From assembly GCF_001598795.1 (NCBI RefSeq), contig NZ_BCZP01000001.1, forward strand, positions 120,001 through 152,000: a DNA stretch of 32,000 bases, in the 5' to 3' direction. The notes beneath the pieces are model-generated. The model searched no databases. It saw nothing but the letters and a program-made list of their open reading frames with translations, and had not been told where the DNA came from. Every line of letters starts with the position of its first letter. The first letter of the stretch is position 1. Made by a program: the position numbers and the translations under genes. Of this stretch, positions 16,733 through 25,836 are shown piece after piece. Source of the DNA: Delftia acidovorans NBRC 14950. Lineage in GTDB: Bacteria > Pseudomonadota > Gammaproteobacteria > Burkholderiales > Burkholderiaceae_C.

Positions 16733-17239
16733 GTGAATACCCGTCCCGCTCCCACCTCCATCCAGCAGATGCTGCTGTTTCGCATCAACCGCTACTTCGG
16801 TGCAGCGGGCGGCGTGGCCATGCGCATGTGCGAGGCGCATTTCGGCATCACGCGCCGCGAGTGGGGCGTGATGGCCACGGTGGCTGCCAACGAGGGCCTG
16901 CTGTCGTCGGAGCTGGCCGAACGCGCGCAGCTGGACCGCGCACGCACCTCGCGCGCCCTCAGCGGGCTGGAGGAAAAGGGCTGGGTGCAGCGCAGCCCCA
17001 TGCCTGGCGACCGCCGCCGCGTGGCCGTGTCGCTGACGGCCGAGGGGCGGCGCATGTACGGCCTGATCCTGCCGCGCATGGCCCAGATCCACCTGGACCT
17101 GGTGTCCGTGCTCAGCGACGAGGAACTCGCACAATTCGATACCTTGCTGGCCAGGCTGCAGCGCCATGCGCTGACGCTGGAGGCAGAGGGCCGCTACGAC
17201 GCCCTGCCGCGTGTGGACCGCGGACGGCACCGGCGCTGA
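16733..17239 (+). CDS. MarR-family transcriptional regulator
   Basis: The winged-HTH region ITRREWGVMATVAANEGLLSSELAERAQLDRARTSRALSGLEEKGWVQRSPMPGDRRRVAVSLTAEGR is typical of MarR. The start is uncertain: GTG 16733 with no SD, or ATG 16769. Confidence 0.85.
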   Translation: MNTRPAPTSIQQMLLFRINRYFGAAGGVAMRMCEAHFGITRREWGVMATVAANEGLLSSELAERAQLDRARTSRALSGLEEKGWVQRSPMPGDRRRVAVSLTAEGRRMYGLILPRMAQIHLDLVSVLSDEELAQFDTLLARLQRHALTLEAEGRYDALPRVDRGRHRR

Positions 17240-17300
17240 CACGCCGACGGCAAAGCCTGCCGCCATGCAGGGCCTGTGGGCGATGACACAATGCATGCCC

Positions 17301-18546
17301 ATGCAATTTCCCTACGAACTGGCCGTCGGCTGGCGCTACACCCGGGCGGGGCGTGCCACGCGCCGCAACGGCTTCATCTCGTTCATCTCCGGCGTCTCCA
17401 TGCTGGGCATCGCCCTCGGTGTGGCGGCGCTGATCATCGTGCTCAGCGTGATGAACGGCTTCCAGAAGGAAGTGCGCGACCGCATGCTCAGCGTGGTCTC
17501 GCACATCGAGATCTTCGCGCCCCAGGGTGCGGCGCTGCCCGATCTGGAGCGCACCATGCGCGAGGCGCGTGCCAACCCCGACGTGCTGGGCGCCGCCCCC
17601 TTCGTCGCGGCCCAGGCGCTGCTGGCGCGTGGCGAGGACATGAAGGGCACCCTGGTGCGCGGCATCGATCCGGCGCGCGAGGGCGAGGTCACCGACGTGG
17701 CCGCCACCAATGCCGAGGTGCTCAAGCACCTGGTGCCTGGTGAATTCAACGTGGTGCTGGGCGTGGAGCTGGCGCGCTCGCTGGGCGTGCGCCAGGGCGA
17801 CATGGTCACGCTGATCGCCCCGGGCGGCCAGGTCACGCCGGCCGGCGTGGTGCCGCGCCTCAAGCAGATGCATGTGGCCGGCACCTTCGACTCAGGCCAC
17901 TACGAATACGACTCGGCCCTGGTGATGATGCATTACGAGGACGCGCAGCGCCTGTTCCGCCTGGAAGGGCCGACTGGCATCCGCCTGAAGCTCAAGGACC
18001 TGCACGAGGCACCGCGCGTGGCCATGGAACTGGCCCACACCATCACCGACCGCCTGCTGATCCGCGACTGGACCCAGCAGAACCGCACCTGGTTCGCGGC
18101 CGTGCAGCTGGAAAAACGCATGATGTTCATCATCCTCACGCTCATCGTCGCCGTGGCTGCGTTCAACCTGGTGTCCACGCTGGTGATGACGGTGACCGAC
18201 AAGCGCGCCGACATCGCCATCCTGCGCACGCTGGGCGCCTCGCCGTCCAGCATCATGGGCATCTTCATGGTGCAGGGCGCCATGGTGGGCGTCATCGGCA
18301 CCTTCGCAGGCCTGCTGCTGGGCCTGGGCATCGCCTTCAACATCGATGTCATCGTGCCGGCCATCGAGCGCCTGCTGCACGCCAACTTCCTGCCCAAGGA
18401 CATCTACCTGATCAGCAAGATGCCCAGCGATCCGCAGTACAGCGACATCATGCCCATCGCCGTGATCTCCCTGGTCCTGGCCTTTGTCGCCACCATCTAT
18501 CCCAGCTGGCGCGCCAGCCGCGTGAACCCCGCCGAGGCGCTGCGCT

Positions 18547-18554
<8 letters not shown>
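17301..18554 (+). CDS. lolC: Lipoprotein-releasing ABC transporter permease (LolC/LolE family)
   Basis: Start trimmed to [17 protein letters not shown]...[30 protein letters not shown]. It has a periplasmic MacB-like domain and C-terminal FtsX-like helices, and ends ...[12 protein letters not shown]. Confidence 0.9.
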
Positions 18555-19263
<709 letters not shown>

Positions 19264-19269
19264 CCGGCA

Positions 19270-19291
19270 GGCCTGAGTCTGGACTCAGGCC
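19270..19291. terminator. Perfect 22-bp palindrome between convergent lolD and PAS-MCP genes
   Basis: GGCCTGAGTC-tg-GACTCAGGCC gives an effective 9-bp stem with a 4-nt loop. It overlaps the stop codon of the PAS-MCP gene. Confidence 0.55.
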
Positions 19292-20751
19292 ATGCGCAGC
19301 AAGGTGCCCGGCAGGCGCTGGGCGCCTACGGGAAGCACGGCCGCTGCCGGGGCCGACTTGATCTGCGGCGCAGCGGGAACGATGGATGCCGGCAGCGGCT
19401 TGCGCTGCGCCTGGTCCCTGGATGCATCCGCGACGGCCGCGCTCTGCGCCGTCAGGTCGGCCGTCACCTCGCGCAGGCGTGCCGACTGGGCCATGGACGC
19501 CTGCACCACATCGCCCATGATGGCCGTGACCTGGTGCGAGGAGTCCACGATCTCCTGCATGGTGCCGCCGGCCTGGCGCACCTGATTGGCGCCCAGTGCC
19601 ACCTGCTCCACCGAGGTGTGGATGAGCTGCTTGATTTCCTTGGCGGCGGCGGCACTGTTCTGTGCCAGTGCCCGTACCTCACCCGCCACCACGGCAAAGC
19701 CCCGGCCCTGCTCGCCTGCGCGGGCCGCCTCCACGGCAGCGTTGAGCGCGAGGATATTGGTCTGGAAGGCGATGCCGTCCATCACGCCGATGATGTCGCT
19801 GATCTTGCGCGAGCTGGCGCTGATGGACTCCATGGTGCCCATGACCTCGTGCACCGTGCGTCCGCCCTGCTCGGCCACCAGGCAGGCCTGGCGGGCCAGT
19901 TCGTTGGCCTGGCCTGCGTGCTCGGCGCTTTCGCTCAGGCCCTGCATGGCCTCGCCCAGGGTCTGCGCGGCCGTGAAGCGGCGCGTGATATCGCGGGCGT
20001 ACTTGACCACCTTGAACGGCCGGCCATCGGCGTCGAGGATGGGGTTGTAGCTGGCCTCGATCCAGACCTGGCGGCCGTGCTTGCCGATGCGCAGGTACTG
20101 GCCCGCATCGTGCTGGCCGCTGGCCAGCTTGCGCCAGAACTGCGCGTATTCGGGGCTGTGGCGTTCATGGGGCTGGACGAACATGCTGTGGTGCCGCCCC
20201 GTGACCTCATCCAGCGTGTAGCCCATGGCCTGCAGGAACAGGCGGTTGGCATGCAGGATGTTGCCCTGCAGGTCGAACTCGATGATGGCCTGCACCTTGG
20301 AGATGGCGGCCAGCTGGCCTTCGGCGTCGGCGTTGCGGCGCTGCTGCTCGGTGATGTCAGTGGCGTACTTCACCACCTTGAAGGGCTTGCCATGGCGATC
20401 GAAGATGGGGTTGTAGCTGGCCTGCAGCCAGACATCGCGCCCGTCCTTGGCAATGCGGCGGTAGCGTCCCGCGTCGTGGATGCCATTGCCCAGGCGCTGC
20501 CAGAACGCGGCGTACTCGGACGACTCGCTCATCTGGTGGTCCACGAACATGCGGTGGTGCTGGCCGATGACCTCGCCTTCCTCATAGCCCATGGTGTCCA
20601 GGAAGTTCTGGTTGGCGGCCAGCACATGGCCTTGCAGATCGAACTCGATCACGGCCTGGGACTTGTGGATGGCTGCCAACTGCCCATCCAGTTCCGCCTG
20701 GCGGCGTGCGCCACCCAGGTCCAGGATCCGACTCCATGCTGAGCGCTTCAT
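19285..20751 (-). CDS. Soluble methyl-accepting chemotaxis protein with two tandem PAS domains
   Basis: 488 aa with no TM segment. The two PAS modules ([36 protein letters not shown]... and [36 protein letters not shown]...) are followed by the MA core [60 protein letters not shown] is present. Confidence 0.9.
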   Translation of the reverse strand: MKRSAWSRILDLGGARRQAELDGQLAAIHKSQAVIEFDLQGHVLAANQNFLDTMGYEEGEVIGQHHRMFVDHQMSESSEYAAFWQRLGNGIHDAGRYRRIAKDGRDVWLQASYNPIFDRHGKPFKVVKYATDITEQQRRNADAEGQLAAISKVQAIIEFDLQGNILHANRLFLQAMGYTLDEVTGRHHSMFVQPHERHSPEYAQFWRKLASGQHDAGQYLRIGKHGRQVWIEASYNPILDADGRPFKVVKYARDITRRFTAAQTLGEAMQGLSESAEHAGQANELARQACLVAEQGGRTVHEVMGTMESISASSRKISDIIGVMDGIAFQTNILALNAAVEAARAGEQGRGFAVVAGEVRALAQNSAAAAKEIKQLIHTSVEQVALGANQVRQAGGTMQEIVDSSHQVTAIMGDVVQASMAQSARLREVTADLTAQSAAVADASRDQAQRKPLPASIVPAAPQIKSAPAAAVLPVGAQRLPGTLLRMA

Positions 20752-20965
20752 GGGAAATTCCTCTCTCCAAAGAATGCCTGCCGGTGTTGCGAGAGCTCGA
20801 CGCGGGGGTGTAAATGTTTCTTTATGTATTTATATGGACCGCCAAGTGTTTCGGGTATTGATTTTGTCAAACGGAGCCAGCTCGCAATAAGCCCAGGGTT
20901 TGCCCTTGGTTTTCGCATTGCCTGCCTCTGGCGGGCCGGGTGCAGGCCGGTGGCATGATGCGGCC

Positions 20966-21787
20966 ATGCCCGCCTGGATAGACACCCATTGCCACCTCGA
21001 TGCCCCTGAATTCGATGCCGACCGCGATGCCGTGCGCGCGCAGGCGGCCGAGACAGGCGTTGCACATCTGGTGATACCGGCCGTGGCGCGCGAGCACTGG
21101 GACACGGTGGTGGCGCTGGCGCGGCGCCATGGCGACAGCTATGCGCTGGGCATCCATCCGCTGTACACGCCCAATGCCCGCGAGCAGGACATTGCCGCAT
21201 TGCGCGAGACGCTGGCGCGGTTGCGCGGCGATGCGCAACTGGTGGCCGTGGGCGAGATCGGCCTGGACTTCTTCGTGCCCGGGCTGGATGCGGACCGGCA
21301 AATCTGGTTCTACGAGCAGCAGGTCGCGCTGGCGCGCGAGTTCGACCTGCCCGTCATCCTGCATGTGCGCAAATCCAGCGACCGGCTGCTCAAGACCCTG
21401 CGCGCACGGCCTGTGGCGGGCGGCATTGCCCATGCCTTCAACGGCAGCGTGCAGCAGGCCCAGGCCTTCATCGACCTGGGCTTCAAGCTGGGCTTTGGCG
21501 GGGCCGTGACCTATGACCGGGCGCTCAAGCTGCGCGAGCTGGCAGCCGCCCTGCCGCTGGATGCGCTGGTGCTGGAAACCGATGCCCCCGACATTCCGCC
21601 GCACTGGCTCTACACCACGGCCGGGCAGCGTGCCCAGGGCCAGGCCCAGGGCCGCAACACGCCGGCCGAGCTGGCACGCATTGCGGACGTGATTGCGCAG
21701 TTGCGCGGCATCACGCCCCAGGCCCTGGCCGAGGCCACGGGCCGCAACGCGCGTGCCGCGCTGCGAGGCCTGCCCGCCATGGCCTGA
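20966..21787 (+). CDS. TatD-family metal-dependent hydrolase (YjjV-like)
   Basis: Start trimmed to MPAWIDTHCHLDAPEFD. It carries GEIGLDFF, LPVILHVRK, HAFNGS and LETDAPD motifs. Confidence 0.9.
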   Translation: MPAWIDTHCHLDAPEFDADRDAVRAQAAETGVAHLVIPAVAREHWDTVVALARRHGDSYALGIHPLYTPNAREQDIAALRETLARLRGDAQLVAVGEIGLDFFVPGLDADRQIWFYEQQVALAREFDLPVILHVRKSSDRLLKTLRARPVAGGIAHAFNGSVQQAQAFIDLGFKLGFGGAVTYDRALKLRELAAALPLDALVLETDAPDIPPHWLYTTAGQRAQGQAQGRNTPAELARIADVIAQLRGITPQALAEATGRNARAALRGLPAMA

Positions 21788-21862
21788 ACCAGGCTTGCGC
21801 GGAACCTGAACCTGAGCGGTCTTGCCACCCGCTGCCAGCAGCCCGGCGACCGCTGGGCGACA

Positions 21863-22408
21863 ATGCCGGCCATGTCCTTGACCGTTCCCGACCTGCCGCC
21901 CCCCGGCGCCCCGCGCTGGCAGGGCCTGGCGCCGGTGGCCGATGCGCGGACCCGGGCCCTGGTGCTGGGCAGCTTTCCGGGCCTGCGATCGCTGCAATTG
22001 CAGCAGTACTATGCCCATCCGCAAAACCAGTTCTGGCCCTTGCTCCAGGCCCTGTGGCCCGGGCATCCGCAGCCCGGCCGAGACGACTATGCGGGCCGCT
22101 GCGAATGGCTGCTGGCCCGCGGCCTGGGCCTGTGGGACGTGTATGCCAGCTGCGAGCGCGAAGGCAGCCTGGACAGCGCCATCCGCGCGGCCGAGGTGAA
22201 TGATTTCGTGGCGCTGCGCACGCATTGCCCGCAGCTGGCGCTGGCCCTGCACAACGGTGGCGAGAGCTACAAGCACGCCGGCCGCACGCAGGCCCTGGGC
22301 CTGGCCGCCGTGAAGCTGCCATCGACCAGCCCGGCCAACGCGAGCTGGAGTTTCGCGCGCAAGGTCCAGGCCTGGCGCGAGGCGCTGGCTGCCCATCAAT
22401 TGCTCTGA
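21863..22408 (+). CDS. DNA-deoxyinosine (hypoxanthine) glycosylase, uracil-DNA glycosylase superfamily
   Basis: 181 aa. ALVLGSFPGLRSLQLQQYYAHPQNQFWPLL and LPSTSPAN motifs match my recollection of the family-6 UDG/HDG group. Confidence 0.75.
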   Translation: MPAMSLTVPDLPPPGAPRWQGLAPVADARTRALVLGSFPGLRSLQLQQYYAHPQNQFWPLLQALWPGHPQPGRDDYAGRCEWLLARGLGLWDVYASCEREGSLDSAIRAAEVNDFVALRTHCPQLALALHNGGESYKHAGRTQALGLAAVKLPSTSPANASWSFARKVQAWREALAAHQLL

Positions 22409-22428
22409 TTTTTTTGACTGTTCCCGAC

Positions 22429-23238
22429 GTGATACGCAAGACCCGCGGCGCCGCCAAGGCAGCCCCATCCTCTTCCTCCAGCGCCACCACCGCCGCAGAC
22501 CTCGAGTTGCCCGAAGTCAGCGTCTCCGACGATGGCGATGTGCGCCACCTGCACCTGGGCACGCCCTGGATCCAGGGCTCCATGCGCATACGCGAGCCGT
22601 TCGAGATCGAGCTCGAATACGTGCAGCGCATGATGGGCTGGCTGCTGTTCATGGAGCCCGCCAGCGTGGCCGGCCGCCATGCCATGCAGCTGGGCCTGGG
22701 CGCCGCGGCCATCACCAAGTTCTGCCACAAGAAGCTGCGCATGCGCACCACGGCCATCGAGCTGAACCCGCAGGTGCTGGCCGTGTGCCGCAGCTGGTTC
22801 AAGCTGCCGCCCGACAGCGACACGCTGCGCGTGGTGCTGGCCGATGCGGCCCAGGAAATCCGCAAGAGCCAGTGGCTGGGCACGGTCGATGCGCTGGCCG
22901 TTGATCTCTATGACCACGATGCGGCCGCGCCCGTGCTGGACAGCGCCGAGTTCTATGCCGATTGCCGCAATCTGCTGACCGAGGACGGCATCATGACGGT
23001 CAACCTGTTCGGCCGCACCTCCAGCTACGAGCGCAGCCTGGCGCGCATGGCCGAAGCCTTTGGCGAAGAGGCCATGTGGGCCTTCCGCCCCACGCGCGAG
23101 GGCAACACCGTGGTGCTGGCCCAGCGCACGCCGCGCGCGCTCGACCCCGCTGCGCTGCAGGCTGCCAGCGCCCAGGTGCAGGCCCGCTGGGACCTGCCCA
23201 CCACGCGCTGGCCCAAGATCTTCGTGCGGCCCTGGTAG
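22429..23238 (+). CDS. Spermidine synthase-like class I SAM-dependent methyltransferase
   Basis: GTG start at 22429, after the stop of the glycosylase gene. QLGLGAAAITKF...TAIELNPQV...DALAVDLYDHDA...EFYADCRNLLTEDGIMTVNLFG fits a SpeE-like fold. The upstream part of ORF 22225-23238 overlaps the glycosylase gene and was rejected. Confidence 0.75.
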   Translation: MIRKTRGAAKAAPSSSSSATTAADLELPEVSVSDDGDVRHLHLGTPWIQGSMRIREPFEIELEYVQRMMGWLLFMEPASVAGRHAMQLGLGAAAITKFCHKKLRMRTTAIELNPQVLAVCRSWFKLPPDSDTLRVVLADAAQEIRKSQWLGTVDALAVDLYDHDAAAPVLDSAEFYADCRNLLTEDGIMTVNLFGRTSSYERSLARMAEAFGEEAMWAFRPTREGNTVVLAQRTPRALDPAALQAASAQVQARWDLPTTRWPKIFVRPW

Positions 23239-23254
23239 AGCCGCCCTGGTAGAG
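23229..23254 (+). repeat. Direct 12-bp repeat GCCCTGGTAGAG x2 (14-bp period) spanning the stop codon of the SpeE-like gene
   Basis: Copies at 23229-23240 and 23243-23254. The first contains the TAG stop. Confidence 0.9.
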
Positions 23255-23322
23255 AGCGGCTGGTCGGGCAGTGCGGCCGGCAGGCTTACCATAGGGCGCA
23301 GTTCAGCTTCCGGCCCAACGCC

Positions 23323-25125
23323 ATGTCCGATCCGACCTCCACCACGCAGCCCAAACCCGCCGTTGTTCCAAGCAATCCTTCGGGGCCCCTGGACTGGCGC
23401 AGGCTGGTGCAGTGGCTGCTGGCCGATGGCGTGATCACGGCCGAAGAGGCCCAGCGCACCGTGGCGCGCTGCTCGCAGGCCGAGAGCACCCAGCACCCGC
23501 TGGTCCGGCTGGCCAACGTGGGCGTGGCCCGCGCCGGTGACGGGCGCGCGCTGGACATCGAGGAGCTGACCCAGTACCTGGCAACCCGCAGCGGCATGGC
23601 CTACCTGCGCATCGACCCGCTGCGCGTGGATGCGGGCCGCGTCGGCGAAATCATGAGCGCCAGCTATGCCGAGCGCCACAAGGTGCTGCCCGTGCAGGTA
23701 TCGCCGCAGGAAGTGGTGGTGGCCACGGCCGAGCCCTTCATCGACGACTGGGTGGCCGAGGTCGAGCGCCAGGCGCGCCGCAAGGTGCGCCGCGTGCTGG
23801 CCAGTCCCCTGGACCTCAAGCGCTACACGGGCGAATTCTTTGCGCTGGCCAAATCGGTGCGCGCAGCCGAGAAGGCGGGCGGCGCCGCCAGCGCGGCCAG
23901 TTTCGAGCAGCTGGTGGAGCTGGGCAACAGCAGCAAGCAGCTCGACGCCAACGACCAGGGCGTGGTGCGCGTGGTGGACTGGCTGTGGCAATACTCCTTC
24001 GACCAGCGCGCCAGCGACATCCACATGGAGCCCCGGCGCGAGCAGGGCGTGATCCGTTTTCGCATCGACGGCGTGCTCCACCCGGTCTACCAAGTGCCCA
24101 TGGGCGTGCTCAATGCCATGGTCTCGCGCGTGAAGCTGCTGGGGCGCATGGACGTGGTGGAAAAGCGCCGCCCGCAGGATGGCCGCATCAAGACCCGCAA
24201 CCCGCGCGGTGACGAGGTGGAAATGCGCCTGTCCACGCTGCCCACGGCCTTTGGCGAGAAGCTGGTGATGCGGATCTTCGATCCCGACAACACGGTCAAG
24301 GACCTGGATGCACTGGGCTTCACCAGCCATGACGCCCAGCGCTGGAACGAGCTGGTGCGCCGCCCGCACGGCATCATCCTCGTGACCGGGCCCACGGGCT
24401 CGGGCAAGACCACCACGCTGTACTCCACGCTCAAGCGCGTGGCCACGGAGGCGGTCAATGTCAGCACCGTGGAAGACCCGATCGAAATGATCGAGCCCAG
24501 CTTCAACCAGACCCAGGTGCAGCCGCAGCTGGACTTCGGCTTCACCGAGGGACTGCGCTCGCTGATGCGCCAGGACCCGGACATCATCATGGTGGGCGAA
24601 ATCCGCGACCTGGCCACCGCCGAAATGGCCGTGCAGGCCGCGCTGACCGGCCACCTGGTGTTCTCCACGCTGCACACCAACGATGCGCCCAGCGCCGTGA
24701 GCCGGCTGATGGAGCTGGGCGTGCCGCCCTACCTGATCAATGCCACGCTGCTCGGTGTGCTGGCCCAGCGCCTGGTGCGCACGCTGTGCCCGCAGTGCAA
24801 GCAGCGCGACGAGGAGACCTCGGCCGCCACGCTGGCCGAGGCCGTGCGGCCCTGGAAACTGTCAGGCAGCTACCAGCCCTACAAGCCCGTGGGCTGCGTG
24901 GAGTGCCGCATGACGGGCTTTCGCGGGCGCATGGGGCTGTACGAGCTGCTGACCGTGAGCGAGGCGCTCAAGCAGCAGGTCCACACCTCGCCTTCCATGG
25001 ATGCGCTGCGCCGCCAGGCCGTGCAGGACGGCATGCGCCCGCTGCGCCTGGCAGGTGCCCTGCGCGTGGCCGAAGGCGTGACCACGCTGGACGAGGTCAT
25101 GGCCAGCACGCCCTTGCTGGGATGA
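23323..25125 (+). CDS. GspE/PilB-class type II/IV secretion ATPase (orphan)
   Basis: 600 aa. Walker A GPTGSGKTTT, Walker B DPDIIMVGEIRD, His box TGHLVFSTLHTND, tetracysteine CPQC...CVEC, and an N-terminal GSPII_E_N-like region (LPVQVSPQEVVVATAEP). Confidence 0.9.
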   Translation: MSDPTSTTQPKPAVVPSNPSGPLDWRRLVQWLLADGVITAEEAQRTVARCSQAESTQHPLVRLANVGVARAGDGRALDIEELTQYLATRSGMAYLRIDPLRVDAGRVGEIMSASYAERHKVLPVQVSPQEVVVATAEPFIDDWVAEVERQARRKVRRVLASPLDLKRYTGEFFALAKSVRAAEKAGGAASAASFEQLVELGNSSKQLDANDQGVVRVVDWLWQYSFDQRASDIHMEPRREQGVIRFRIDGVLHPVYQVPMGVLNAMVSRVKLLGRMDVVEKRRPQDGRIKTRNPRGDEVEMRLSTLPTAFGEKLVMRIFDPDNTVKDLDALGFTSHDAQRWNELVRRPHGIILVTGPTGSGKTTTLYSTLKRVATEAVNVSTVEDPIEMIEPSFNQTQVQPQLDFGFTEGLRSLMRQDPDIIMVGEIRDLATAEMAVQAALTGHLVFSTLHTNDAPSAVSRLMELGVPPYLINATLLGVLAQRLVRTLCPQCKQRDEETSAATLAEAVRPWKLSGSYQPYKPVGCVECRMTGFRGRMGLYELLTVSEALKQQVHTSPSMDALRRQAVQDGMRPLRLAGALRVAEGVTTLDEVMASTPLLG

Positions 25126-25193
25126 TGGGCAGGCGATTGGTGGGTTGAAGCGTGAGTGCCTGCTCTGGCGCAGGCCTTTGCCACGGATGGATC

Positions 25194-25220
25194 GGGTGCC
25201 CCCTGCTGGCACCCTTTTTC
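25194..25220 (+). terminator. Rho-independent terminator after the GspE-like gene
   Basis: GGGTGCC-ccctgct-GGCACCC followed by TTTTT. Confidence 0.7.
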
Positions 25221-25332
25221 ATTCATGCGGGTAGGACATGAGGGTATGCCCTTTGTAGGTGGAATCCACATCCAGACACAGTTTTTCTGAACGCAAAATC
25301 GCCGGGTCGTGATTCCGTAAGGAGACATTCTC

Positions 25333-25821
25333 GTGAAAATCAAGAGTCAGAAAGACTTTTTTTCGGGCGTGATGTTTTTGGTTATCGGCCTCGCTTTTGC
25401 GATCGGCGCTACCAACTACACCGTCGGCACCGGTGCCCGCATGGGCCCGGGCTACTTCCCGCTGATCCTGGGTGTGCTGATGTCCATTCTGGGCACGGCC
25501 ATCTGCTTCACCGGCCTGACCAAGGGTCCTTCGGGCGGTGACAAGATCGGCAAGTGGGCGTGGAAGCAAGTGTTCTTCGTCCTGGCTGCGAACTTCGCGT
25601 TCGGCGTACTGCTGGTCGGCGTTCCCAATCTGGGCATTCCCCAGTTCGGTCTGATCGTCGCCATCTACGCGCTGGTGTTCATCGCCAGCCTGGGCGGCCA
25701 TAGCTTCAAGTTCAAGGAAGTGGCAATTCTGTCCACCGTCCTTGCTGTGGGCAGCTATGTGGCCTTCGTGTGGGCACTGAATCTTCAGTTCCCCGTCTGG
25801 CCCAGCTTCATCACCGGCTAA
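25333..25821 (+). CDS. tctB: Tripartite tricarboxylate transporter small membrane subunit TctB
   Basis: 162 aa with four hydrophobic helices. GTG start preceded by TAAGGAG. It lies immediately upstream of tctA. Confidence 0.8.
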   Translation: MKIKSQKDFFSGVMFLVIGLAFAIGATNYTVGTGARMGPGYFPLILGVLMSILGTAICFTGLTKGPSGGDKIGKWAWKQVFFVLAANFAFGVLLVGVPNLGIPQFGLIVAIYALVFIASLGGHSFKFKEVAILSTVLAVGSYVAFVWALNLQFPVWPSFITG

Positions 25822-25836
25822 GCAGGAGCATCGTCC

